Positions 8,672 to 16,990 of a stretch of DNA of 44,620 bases are shown here, one piece after another. The DNA comes from a virus. Lineage: Duplodnaviria > Caudoviricetes. The stretch spans positions 1-44,620 of the IMG/VR virus record IMGVR_UViG_3300036987_000309, one strand, 5' to 3'. The notes beneath the pieces are model-generated. The model was not told where the DNA came from. It saw only the letters and a list, made by a program, of their open reading frames with translations, and searched no databases. The position numbers were made by a program, and so were the translations under genes. Within the stretch, counting starts at the first letter, position 1. Each line of letters opens with the position of its first letter.

Positions 8672-9775
8672 TTAATCCTTTATATAATCTCTCCAGTATT
8701 GTTTTACCGATTCTGGAGGGTCATATGGTTTTTGTGGTTTCATAAGTTCATTATATTTTACTGGACCTTTATCGTCTGTCTCTTCTTGTTCTTCTGGAGC
8801 AACATCTATGAATTCTCCAAGTATTTCCTGTTTGAATGAATCCTGGTTTGTGTAATTTCTGCTTTGTGATTTAGCCCATTTGTTGTCTTTCCAATCAACT
8901 TTCTCTGGGGCCTTGTCATTGTATAAAGGATTCTCATACCATTTAATCTTCAATGGATAAAAATCCGAATCTCCCTTAGAAGCCTTAATCCATGTCTTGT
9001 AGAAAAATTCCCCTGTTCCTTTAGTGCCATTTGGAGTGGAAACAAGAATCAAATGTTCTCCCATCTGCAATGCTGGCATAGCTGAAGTTATCATCTCCTG
9101 GGCTTGTGTTTGAAAAGCCATTTCATCTATGAATACAACATTAGGAGAACGACCTCTCAAAGCTTTTTTGGTGTTAGCCAAGGCATTTATCTTTGACATA
9201 TTTGCGAACTTAAATTCATCAGACGCTTTTCTTGTTATTTTTGTTCTTACGAATTTAGGAAGGTCTTCATATATCTCTAAGACCCTCTTGTCCATGAAAT
9301 ATTCAGCTTCGCTCTGATTCAAAGATATTACGATTATTTCTTTCTTTGGTTTTGTCATAGCATACCACAAACAGAAAGCTCCGGCTACTTGAGAAACTCC
9401 CATCTGCCTTGATTTGTTTACTATAAGATATTTGTTTTCCAAAGCCCTTTTAATGAATTCCTTTTGAAATCCGAATAATTTGAAAGGCTTTCCTTCAAGC
9501 ATGCAATAAGTCTCTATAAACCACACTGGGTCTGCTTTTATCTTCTCCCATGTCTCTTCAACCGTCAACCCTTCTTTTGGCGTTTCGTCTTTTTCATCAC
9601 GGTCTTCATCTTCGTCCTTTTTCTTTTCATCTATTATATCGGCAAAGAATTCTGACAACTGCATTTCTGATATCATTTGTTCTTTTTTCTTTTTCTTTGC
9701 AGCCCACCAATACATAATTACGTCACTTATTCCGCCTACATCTTTTTTTTCTTCGCTCATGTCATTTAGCCCCAT
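8672..9775 (-). CDS. terminase large-subunit paralog, ATPase domain only
   Basis: DPVWFIE, FKLFGFQ, NKSRQMGVS, LRGRSP, VFIDEMAF, STPNG, FKQEILGEF all align with the N-half of 5954..7735; no nuclease domain follows. Confidence 0.88.
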   Translation of the reverse strand: MGLNDMSEEKKDVGGISDVIMYWWAAKKKKKEQMISEMQLSEFFADIIDEKKKDEDEDRDEKDETPKEGLTVEETWEKIKADPVWFIETYCMLEGKPFKLFGFQKEFIKRALENKYLIVNKSRQMGVSQVAGAFCLWYAMTKPKKEIIVISLNQSEAEYFMDKRVLEIYEDLPKFVRTKITRKASDEFKFANMSKINALANTKKALRGRSPNVVFIDEMAFQTQAQEMITSAMPALQMGEHLILVSTPNGTKGTGEFFYKTWIKASKGDSDFYPLKIKWYENPLYNDKAPEKVDWKDNKWAKSQSRNYTNQDSFKQEILGEFIDVAPEEQEETDDKGPVKYNELMKPQKPYDPPESVKQYWRDYIKD

Positions 9776-9956
9776 GTTTTTTTAATAATTCTTCTACATC
9801 CTTATATAAGGTGACTGACAAGGGAGTATATCCTTCTTCGTCTTTATAATTAGCGTCAGCCCCAGACTTCAATAAAAACTCAGCTATATTTATGTTTCCA
9901 GCAATACAAGCCTGAAATAAAGCTTCATTTAACTCTTTCTTGGAAATATCCATCAT
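9762..9956 (-). CDS. small ankyrin-repeat protein
   Basis: ALFQACIAGNINIAEFLLKSGADANYKDEEGYTPL...ELLKKHGA. Confidence 0.85.
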   Translation of the reverse strand: MMDISKKELNEALFQACIAGNINIAEFLLKSGADANYKDEEGYTPLSVTLYKDVEELLKKHGAK

Positions 9957-10207
9957 TCCTCTTCATCGTCTTCCTTAAAAGAAGAAACTTCCGAATTTAT
10001 TTTGAACAAATCCAAATCCTTACTTAATGAGGCAAGTTTGGATATCACGCCTTCAACCTTAGACCAGTTGTTTGCTTTCATTCCTTCCTTCAGTTCTTTT
10101 ATGGTTTCATTTATCTCGTCTTTTATCTTTGAATAAAAAATACTTGTTGAATCTGTTTCTTCGCTTAACAACTTTGAGAAATGTTTTAATTTCATTTTAT
10201 GCTCCAT
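9953..10207 (-). CDS. hypothetical protein (possible head-internal protein)
   Basis: 84 aa; N-terminal MKLKHFSKLLSEE; overlaps neighbours in operon. Confidence 0.65.
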   Translation of the reverse strand: MEHKMKLKHFSKLLSEETDSTSIFYSKIKDEINETIKELKEGMKANNWSKVEGVISKLASLSKDLDLFKINSEVSSFKEDDEEE

Positions 10208-11423
10208 ACTTCAAAAGTAATTTAGAGGCTTTTTCGTACAACTTCAATAAATCTTTATCGAAAAAAGCTTCATCGCTATATTTTGTTATTGAATTGCTGA
10301 CAAAATCCATCAAAGATGTCTTGTCTTTTACTCCATCATAAGTAAAAGAAAATTCTATCCTTGGGTCTGCTCCATTTTTAAGCAAAAACTCAAGCATTTT
10401 TAAATTTGGTATTGGTTCAAAATAATCATCAACTTCTCCGTCTTTGCTTCTAATAAAGCAAGCTGCGAGAGGCGTTATCCCATTTTCGTCTGGTTGATTG
10501 ATTACATCTGTCTCAACTCCTTCTGTTATCCCAAATTGTTTTTTGACAGCATTCAACCCCTTTGTTTCTTTCTTGTCTTTCTTTTCCCTTTCCGTGAAAA
10601 GAACATCTTTCATCTCATCAAAGAAAATCTTCTTGTTCTTTTCATCCTTTATGAATTTCCTTGCGTCTATCGCTAAATTATAAACTGGCTTCTCTATGTC
10701 AAATGGGAACGCCTTGATAAGTTCATCCCATTTCTTTGTTCTCCATAAAACTTTCCTTTTTATTTCCTTGCCTTTCTTATTGAATTTCCTTTTGATGACC
10801 ATAAATTCATTATGTTTTAATCTGAACCCAAATTTCTCGTCATCACCAAGGTCAATCTTTTCAAGACCAGCTTTCTTTATTATCTTGTTTTTTTCGTGTT
10901 CAGAAAGTTCACTATAAGCTATTTTAAACCAGGCTGTTACGAAAGCTCTCTTGTCTTCATCTATGTTATAGAATTTATCCTTAAAATCTGTTTCATCGTC
11001 GTTTGCCGAGAATATAACCTTGACAAGGACAACTTTTTGTTCTTCATCTTCTGGAATCTTGAAAAGGAATATTACGTTTTTGCTTTTGACCTCAAATTTA
11101 ACATCCTTGTCATTCAAGGGAACTATATCTTTAGGGGTCTTATTCAGGAAATATCCAAAATTACTTATCTCCTCTTTAACATCCCTGTCCTTATCCATTC
11201 TCATCAACACTTTTATTTCATCAGCCTTATCCTTCCCCTTTAAGTCTCCCATTCCGAATACAGCGGATGTCTTATCATCCCAATGTAATCTTTCAGATAA
11301 GAAATAAGGTTTAAGAATTTTATGTTCTATGAGTTCCTTTATTTCTTCCATATGGTCTTTATCTATTTTTGTTGGTTCACTTTTCTCAAGCATAACTATG
11401 TTTATGTCGTTTATGTTTAACAT
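10197..11423 (-). CDS. hypothetical protein with C-terminal ankyrin-like repeats
   Basis: INQPDENGITPL...MLEFLLKNGADP...KLLLKYGA at C-terminus. Confidence 0.7.
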   Translation of the reverse strand: MLNINDINIVMLEKSEPTKIDKDHMEEIKELIEHKILKPYFLSERLHWDDKTSAVFGMGDLKGKDKADEIKVLMRMDKDRDVKEEISNFGYFLNKTPKDIVPLNDKDVKFEVKSKNVIFLFKIPEDEEQKVVLVKVIFSANDDETDFKDKFYNIDEDKRAFVTAWFKIAYSELSEHEKNKIIKKAGLEKIDLGDDEKFGFRLKHNEFMVIKRKFNKKGKEIKRKVLWRTKKWDELIKAFPFDIEKPVYNLAIDARKFIKDEKNKKIFFDEMKDVLFTEREKKDKKETKGLNAVKKQFGITEGVETDVINQPDENGITPLAACFIRSKDGEVDDYFEPIPNLKMLEFLLKNGADPRIEFSFTYDGVKDKTSLMDFVSNSITKYSDEAFFDKDLLKLYEKASKLLLKYGA

Positions 11424-13438
11424 TATTCCTTGAATATATTGTTTACAGCAGCATTAAGTGATGGGTTTTTGTGAGGGGTATAAGAAAGTGGCTTGCTGTG
11501 GTCTTTCGCCCTGTCTTTCTTCTGCCATGAGGATTCTTCGCTGTCACTATATGTCTTTTTAGGTCTTGATTTTTTCAACGCCTCTTTCTGCCTTTTTTTC
11601 ATAAGTCTGTCCATCCAGAACTTCACGTTTTTTTTGCCATATTTCCTTTTTTCTAAAATTAAGTCCATTTCACCTTCCTCCTTATTATTTTCATCCATAC
11701 TTTTTATCGAAGACAAAGATTTCTGTAAATTATCAAAAGCCATAAATATGTTTTTGCACTTCACAAGATTATCTGTTATTGATTTTATGAAAACATCATT
11801 TGATTCCATATCTCCAAGTTTTTCCTGAGAAGAAGATATTTTCTCGTTGTTATCATCTATCTTCTGTTTTGTTTCTGATAAAGATGAGAAGAATGATTTT
11901 ATCTTTGAAGATACGTTTGAAACCGCATAAGAAACAGCTCCAGCTATCTTCTTAGCTCCTCCAACAAAAAAATCCTTTAGAGAATCTATGACTCCTTCTT
12001 CCAACATATTGTCAAACTTATCCTTCAACTCTGATTCTCCTATTTGTTGTTCCCCTTTGGTAAGTTCACTTCCTCCAAATATTGAAACAGCATTGACTAT
12101 GTTTTTTATCTCTTCATATTGTTCCTGACTGAATTTATACTTGTATCTTTTCAATATTGTCTTCATGGCAAACTGAACGTTATCAACATAAGCCTTTATT
12201 GACTTTATCATTTCATCTATTATCATCTCAAAAGAGGAGGCAATTGTTTCAAATCCTATCACTCCGTTTTCTCCAAACCTTTTGCTTCTTATCTGTGATG
12301 GAAGTTTCAATATAAGGGAAGGAATTTCTGTCTTAAGGTTAATTGCTTCTTGTTTTATGCCAAGCCATTTCCCGAAAACCTCCTTTAACTTAGAGTCTTC
12401 GTTTATTTTACTGAAATCAAGGTCAATGGAATTTGTTTCTGGGATTATTTTGCCCATAATATGGAAAGAACAATCTGACCCGTTGAATCTTATCTTTCCT
12501 TTTATGTCCCCAGATGAGAAAAAATTATTCAGCAACGTTTTCAATATTTGTTCTATTTCACTAAATCCAATTATCCTGAATTTTATCTTGAACTTAAAGA
12601 AATCCAATCCGACGGTTTCCTCATATTCTTTCGGCTTCTTTTTATCAAGCTCATCATGTATTTTCTTATATCTTCCAATAAAAGGAGCTTTTATGTTTTC
12701 AACACCTTCTCCAGACATAAAAATAAAATGGATATCCTTATAAGATTCCATTACAGCTTCAATCATCATTTTTTTTAGTTCTTCGGCTCTTCTCTTGTTA
12801 TCGTGAATCAAATGACTATTGCTTATTTCTGTTATCTTGTTGGCAAGCCACTTTAAATCCATGTTTCTAACTAACTCATCAAATTCCTTTGGATAAAGTC
12901 CGTTTTCCAACAACATGGGTTTGTTTTTATAGCAATACCTTCTCATTGAACTTTTTATCTGACCAAGGCTATAAGATTTGTCTTCTTTGTAATATTTTAA
13001 GGAAATAAATTCCCTGGTATATACATCCATGCCATCTTCTTTGTTTGTTTTTCTTATTATTTCGATATCTGGTTTTGCGTGAGCGCCAAGCCCAGATGCA
13101 ATTCCCATTCCGCTTGCGGTCGTATGCCCTTTCATTATCTTGGCAATCAATGGTTCAGCAATAAACCCTCTTTGTTGTTGTGCCGCAGGATTTGTTGAAA
13201 TTTCATGTAAGTTGGAAAAAAATTCAACGTAGTCGATGAGCTTTGTGAAATATTTTGGAATGTCTTTTTCTTGTAATCCTTTTGGATTTTCTATCAGACC
13301 TTTTATTTCAAACAGCTTATTTCTGAATCTTTCAAGTGAAATTGGTTTTCCGTCAGTTTTAAGAATTATGTTTGCTTCTGATAAAAAACCGTCTTCTGAA
13401 TCATTTATACTATTGATTAATTTATCCAATATATCCAT
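11423..13438 (-). CDS. hypothetical protein with possible PD-(D/E)XK-like nuclease region
   Basis: 671 aa; RGFIAEPLIA...KPDIEI...FISLK pattern; basic C-terminus. Confidence 0.55.
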   Translation of the reverse strand: MDILDKLINSINDSEDGFLSEANIILKTDGKPISLERFRNKLFEIKGLIENPKGLQEKDIPKYFTKLIDYVEFFSNLHEISTNPAAQQQRGFIAEPLIAKIMKGHTTASGMGIASGLGAHAKPDIEIIRKTNKEDGMDVYTREFISLKYYKEDKSYSLGQIKSSMRRYCYKNKPMLLENGLYPKEFDELVRNMDLKWLANKITEISNSHLIHDNKRRAEELKKMMIEAVMESYKDIHFIFMSGEGVENIKAPFIGRYKKIHDELDKKKPKEYEETVGLDFFKFKIKFRIIGFSEIEQILKTLLNNFFSSGDIKGKIRFNGSDCSFHIMGKIIPETNSIDLDFSKINEDSKLKEVFGKWLGIKQEAINLKTEIPSLILKLPSQIRSKRFGENGVIGFETIASSFEMIIDEMIKSIKAYVDNVQFAMKTILKRYKYKFSQEQYEEIKNIVNAVSIFGGSELTKGEQQIGESELKDKFDNMLEEGVIDSLKDFFVGGAKKIAGAVSYAVSNVSSKIKSFFSSLSETKQKIDDNNEKISSSQEKLGDMESNDVFIKSITDNLVKCKNIFMAFDNLQKSLSSIKSMDENNKEEGEMDLILEKRKYGKKNVKFWMDRLMKKRQKEALKKSRPKKTYSDSEESSWQKKDRAKDHSKPLSYTPHKNPSLNAAVNNIFKE

Positions 13439-13457
13439 TAGTTTGTCCTCTTTCCAT

Positions 13458-13465
13458 TTAACTTT
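13458..13465 (-). promoter_or_regulatory. AAAGTTAA motif (putative late promoter)
   Basis: Exact motif about 20 nt upstream of the ATG at 13438, directly after a terminator. Confidence 0.65.
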
Positions 13466-13472
13466 TGGCTAT

Positions 13473-13513
13473 AAAAACAAAAAGCCACAATAATCTTTAA
13501 ATTATCGTGGCTT
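13473..13513 (-). terminator. Rho-independent terminator
   Basis: - strand AAGCCACGATAAT-loop-ATTATTGTGGCTT followed by TTTGTTTTT. Confidence 0.75.
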
Positions 13514-13537
13514 ATAATAACCATATCTGATTATGCT

Positions 13538-14410
13538 TTATTTTTTGCTTCTATGACCATAGTTATATAGTTCTTCATCGAAGCTCGTAGCCCCTTCATC
13601 AAGGAAACTCTTCATTCCAAACTTGTGAGCAAGATTATACTTGAAAAGATAATAATTCTGTCTGCTTGAAACCTTCTCATCAATATCTTTTTGGGTTAAT
13701 GTTTCCATAAATCCAACGAACTCATTCAAGTCTTTCTGTTCTGAAATATAATGTAGAGCCTTTGTTGGACTTACTTTTATCATGTGAAGATATTCATTGA
13801 ATCTTTCGTTAACCGTAGCATCCTTGAACGCAGACCCTTCTTTTGCCCCCTGTGTGGCATCTTTGAATCCCTTGTCTGATGGAGACTCCTTTTCACTCGT
13901 AGAGGTTGATTTTGGAGGAGTGGTTGCGTCTGGTTGGGTTGTTTTAGGTGTTGTATCTGGAACTGTCTGCTTATTCTTATAATATCCAATTTCTTGATTA
14001 TGAAGTTTGATTAAAGCCCTTTTGTATTCAAGGGTTTCTGGTTCGGAAGAAACAGTTGGCATACTATTTATGATTTCAGCCCTGAGTTTGGGATTCTGTC
14101 TCATAACAATGCTTGAATGTGTTTTCCTGTCTCCAAGACCAAGGTTATAAATTGAGTGAATTGCATCCGTGTATGCTTTTTCTCCTGGCTTTAAGTTTGC
14201 CAAAGAAGACATAGCCGTAGAAACCTTGTTTGCGTTTGCTGAATCCTGGATATCTTTCATTATTCTTTCCATTCTTTTTTCAGCATCGGTTTTCTTAGGA
14301 GCATTTGCTTCTTCTTCCATTATCTTCCCAAGATTCTCTGTTTTTCTGGCTTGGTGATATCTTTCATATTCATATTCGTAGAAATTAATATCGGATAATT
14401 TCTTTTTCAT
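13538..14410 (-). CDS. hypothetical protein (possible head-internal protein)
   Basis: 290 aa; Thr/Pro-rich linker; duplicated FKDAT; GAGG RBS. Confidence 0.7.
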   Translation of the reverse strand: MKKKLSDINFYEYEYERYHQARKTENLGKIMEEEANAPKKTDAEKRMERIMKDIQDSANANKVSTAMSSLANLKPGEKAYTDAIHSIYNLGLGDRKTHSSIVMRQNPKLRAEIINSMPTVSSEPETLEYKRALIKLHNQEIGYYKNKQTVPDTTPKTTQPDATTPPKSTSTSEKESPSDKGFKDATQGAKEGSAFKDATVNERFNEYLHMIKVSPTKALHYISEQKDLNEFVGFMETLTQKDIDEKVSSRQNYYLFKYNLAHKFGMKSFLDEGATSFDEELYNYGHRSKK

Positions 14411-14421
14411 GTTATATCCTC

Positions 14422-15354
14422 TTATTTCTTTGCCTTCTTTTTATCTTTTTTTGAACTTGAAGAAGAAGAACTGCTTGAAGAACTTGAAGATTCCTCTTCA
14501 TCCTTTTTATTACACTTGCATTCGCCTTTCTTGCAATCACAAGATTTTGAGGACTCTTTTCCTTTCTTTTTCCCGTCCAACATCTTCTTGAAATTTTCTC
14601 TTGCTTTCTTTTGTGCTTCGCTTGTGGCTTTCTCATCAATCATTCCAACTTCCCAGAAAGGTTTAATTTCAGTTCCGTCAATTGTTATGATAGACTCATC
14701 CATGGCTTCCTTTCTTTCCTTCTCAGTCATGTTCTTATACCATTCGTGAGCCGCTTTATGGGCAATTTCTTTTTCATCTGCTTTGGGAAACTTTGCCTTA
14801 ATTTCCTTTATTTTCTTATTCCACCACTTTTTAGCTTCTTTTGGAGCTGTGGCTTCATCAATTTTTTCAACTCTATCCTTAAGTCCATAAATTCCTTCGT
14901 TCAAAAAACTTCCTTTCTGGTTCTGATGCCAATATGACTCTTCTGAAAGAGACTTATTCTCTTCCTTAATCTTGCTCATCATTCCAAGGTTTGAAGCAAT
15001 CTCTGTCTTAGCCATGTAAAATTTGCTTTCGCCAAGTTTTTCCTTTACATATGCTCCGTCCTTTTCAATCATTTCAACAATAGCATTGAGGACTTCTTTT
15101 GCCTCATCCCCACCTATTGCCATTCTTGTCTCATTCACAAGACCCTTGATGTTACCTGGCATCTTTATGATGTTAATCAAATCATCCTTATTAAATTTAT
15201 TCATTGGTTTCTCCTCCGTTTTAATTTCTTTTTTTATTTCTTCAGACTCATTCACAATTATAGTGTCCAAAATTTCATCACCATCCCTTACCATTGGCTC
15301 TGAAACATCTGGAATTATCTTTCCGTTTCTTTTTACTTTAAAAAATTTATACAT
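14422..15354 (-). CDS. hypothetical highly charged protein, probable prohead core component (start revised to 15354)
   Basis: GGAGG RBS before MYKFF at 15354; many [I/L/V]-x-E motifs; Cys cluster CDCKKGECKC and poly-Ser tail. Confidence 0.65.
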   Translation of the reverse strand: MYKFFKVKRNGKIIPDVSEPMVRDGDEILDTIIVNESEEIKKEIKTEEKPMNKFNKDDLINIIKMPGNIKGLVNETRMAIGGDEAKEVLNAIVEMIEKDGAYVKEKLGESKFYMAKTEIASNLGMMSKIKEENKSLSEESYWHQNQKGSFLNEGIYGLKDRVEKIDEATAPKEAKKWWNKKIKEIKAKFPKADEKEIAHKAAHEWYKNMTEKERKEAMDESIITIDGTEIKPFWEVGMIDEKATSEAQKKARENFKKMLDGKKKGKESSKSCDCKKGECKCNKKDEEESSSSSSSSSSSSSKKDKKKAKK

Positions 15355-15355
15355 C

Positions 15356-15778
15356 TCATCCTCCCTTCTCTTCCCAATCATCACACACAAACCTTTCATC
15401 TTTGATGTCAAACTTGAAAAGGTTACATCTTTTATCCTTCCGATACAGACACGACCAGCATCCTCGTTCTTCTGGAACCTCTATATCAATAGAATAACTG
15501 TTAAATCGTTCATCCTGTTCAAAACAAGATGTTTTCTGATATGTGACAACCTCCAATATTCCATTAAGGAATTTGGTCTTTTTATGTCCTTCGTATATTA
15601 ACTTTGTATAATTATCTCCTATATATAATTTATTTGAAAAATAATCCAACTTGTTTTTGGCGAGAGAGCAGTCAAATAGCATAAATCTTGGGTAAATAAA
15701 TATGAATTGTGTAACAAAAAAGGGGTCTGTATTAAAGACCCCTTCAATTATTTTAATGACCTTTTTGAGTTTTTTCAA
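15356..15778 (-). CDS. hypothetical protein with C-terminal 4-Cys motif
   Basis: CWSCLY..C..F..CDDW; start uncertain. Confidence 0.55.
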   Translation of the reverse strand: MKKLKKVIKIIEGVFNTDPFFVTQFIFIYPRFMLFDCSLAKNKLDYFSNKLYIGDNYTKLIYEGHKKTKFLNGILEVVTYQKTSCFEQDERFNSYSIDIEVPEERGCWSCLYRKDKRCNLFKFDIKDERFVCDDWEEKGG

Positions 15779-15998
15779 TTTGCTTTATCTCTTCTTCTTT
15801 GTCCTTGATTAATCTTGTCAACAGCTGGTTTCTTAAATCGGTCGGCATAAGATAGAGTTCCGTGTAGGAAAACTTACCAACCCTTTTTAAGAAGAAAATC
15901 TCATCAACAAGATACCTATAGTTGGAAAACAAAAGACTTTCCTCAGATTTGCTTTCCTGGGACACGAAAAAAGTTGGCTGAAATAGGAACTCTGTCAT
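15753..15998 (-). CDS. gp51-like baseplate hub assembly C-terminal module (probably expressed by frameshift)
   Basis: LVDEIFFL..GKFSYTELYLMPTDLR..L resembles gp51/tail-chaperone C-terminal modules; overlaps end of upstream gene; no RBS at its ATG. Confidence 0.6.
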   Translation of the reverse strand: MTEFLFQPTFFVSQESKSEESLLFSNYRYLVDEIFFLKRVGKFSYTELYLMPTDLRNQLLTRLIKDKEEEIKQIEKTQKGH

Positions 15999-16743
15999 TG
16001 TAAGTTTTCTTACATTCTGGACATTTTACGGTTATATCACTCTTCAGACCAGGCTCAAGTTCAGAGACCTTATCTGTCAATTTCTGTGTGTCAATAAGAG
16101 ACAAAGTTTCGTAAAATTTCTTCCAATATTCCCTTGGAACGCCAATGATATCAATTGTAAGAGACATCAAACTCTTTAAGGTTTCCATTCCGTCATCTTC
16201 CTGTTCTACTTCTGGAGCCGTCTCTTGTCTGTTAGTTACGACAGTGCTTGTTTCCTCGTTTGATTTTTCTTCATCAAATCCCCTTGACAATCTAAGAAGA
16301 AGTTTTGTTCCCCTTAATGGAATTTCAATTGGTTCTGATTCAGTCTCTTTTGAATACTTTATATCCAAAGACCTTATCTTTATGTTTTGATTAGAAACTT
16401 TCTGACAATGAGAACATTGTGATGAAAACATATAATCGTCGCCATAAGAAATAGCTCTCAGATAAAAAAACAAAAACATCCTGTCAACAGACAGAAGATG
16501 TAATGGGTCTACGTCAGGAGTCTTGATACACTCCTTCAATAATATGTTAAGGAACTGCCCTGTTTTTATTACTCTTGGACTCTTGATAATCATCTCTTCC
16601 CTTAATGTCATTGGTCTTATTAAAATCTTTCCCTTTGACTCAAAAAGACTCTTGTTCATTTCCCGATAAAATACCCCCTTGCTTGGGAGAACTACAGTTT
16701 CGGGGACTGGCTCCAACTTGGATAAATCAAAATTTTCAGACAT
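15943..16743 (-). CDS. baseplate hub assembly protein (T4 gp26-like)
   Basis: LPSKGVFY, IRPMTLREE, DRMFLFFYLRAISYG, CSHC, CPEC, ends PISANFF. Confidence 0.8.
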   Translation of the reverse strand: MSENFDLSKLEPVPETVVLPSKGVFYREMNKSLFESKGKILIRPMTLREEMIIKSPRVIKTGQFLNILLKECIKTPDVDPLHLLSVDRMFLFFYLRAISYGDDYMFSSQCSHCQKVSNQNIKIRSLDIKYSKETESEPIEIPLRGTKLLLRLSRGFDEEKSNEETSTVVTNRQETAPEVEQEDDGMETLKSLMSLTIDIIGVPREYWKKFYETLSLIDTQKLTDKVSELEPGLKSDITVKCPECKKTYNDRVPISANFFRVPGKQI

Positions 16744-16748
16744 ATTTT

Positions 16749-16892
16749 TTACCTCTTTGATTTTAAATATTCTCTTATTATTGTCCTTAAAAATTCACTG
16801 AATGTAACACATTGTTTCTTAGCTTCTTCCTTTATTTCGTTCAACTGTTGCTTATTTATCTTTATGTGAATCTCTTTATCATATATGGTCAT
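16749..16892 (-). CDS. ribbon-helix-helix DNA-binding microprotein (47 aa)
   Basis: Manual translation MTIYDKEIHIKINKQQLNEIKEEAKKQCVTFSEFLRTIIREYLKSKR; GGAGG upstream. Confidence 0.8.
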   Translation of the reverse strand: MTIYDKEIHIKINKQQLNEIKEEAKKQCVTFSEFLRTIIREYLKSKR

Positions 16893-16917
16893 ATCGTGGA
16901 CATCCTCCCTTATAACA

Positions 16918-16966
16918 TTAACTTATGACGCAATTGAGCAAAAAGGGGTATTTTTTTTAAAGTTAA
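16918..16966. promoter_or_regulatory. divergent pair of AAAGTTAA-type motifs
   Basis: TAAGTTAA on - (16918-16925) before the RHH; AAAGTTAA on + (16959-16966) 24 nt before the ATG at 16991. Confidence 0.65.
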
Positions 16967-16990
16967 TTCTATAAACAAGAGGTATTTTTT

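Noticed and set aside
7480-9420. Walker A lacking the canonical Lys (RQLGMS, RQMGVS) as a sign of inactivation
   Set aside because: Both copies share it, and K-x-RQ-x-G-x-S variants occur in large-phage terminases
5954-9775. Terminase split by an intron-encoded endonuclease
   Set aside because: The downstream gene already has a complete ATPase, so splicing would duplicate it; the spacer is filled by an RHH gene and a promoter motif
14412-14639. Alternative-frame basic ORF
   Set aside because: Nested within 14422..15354; a by-product of low-complexity codons
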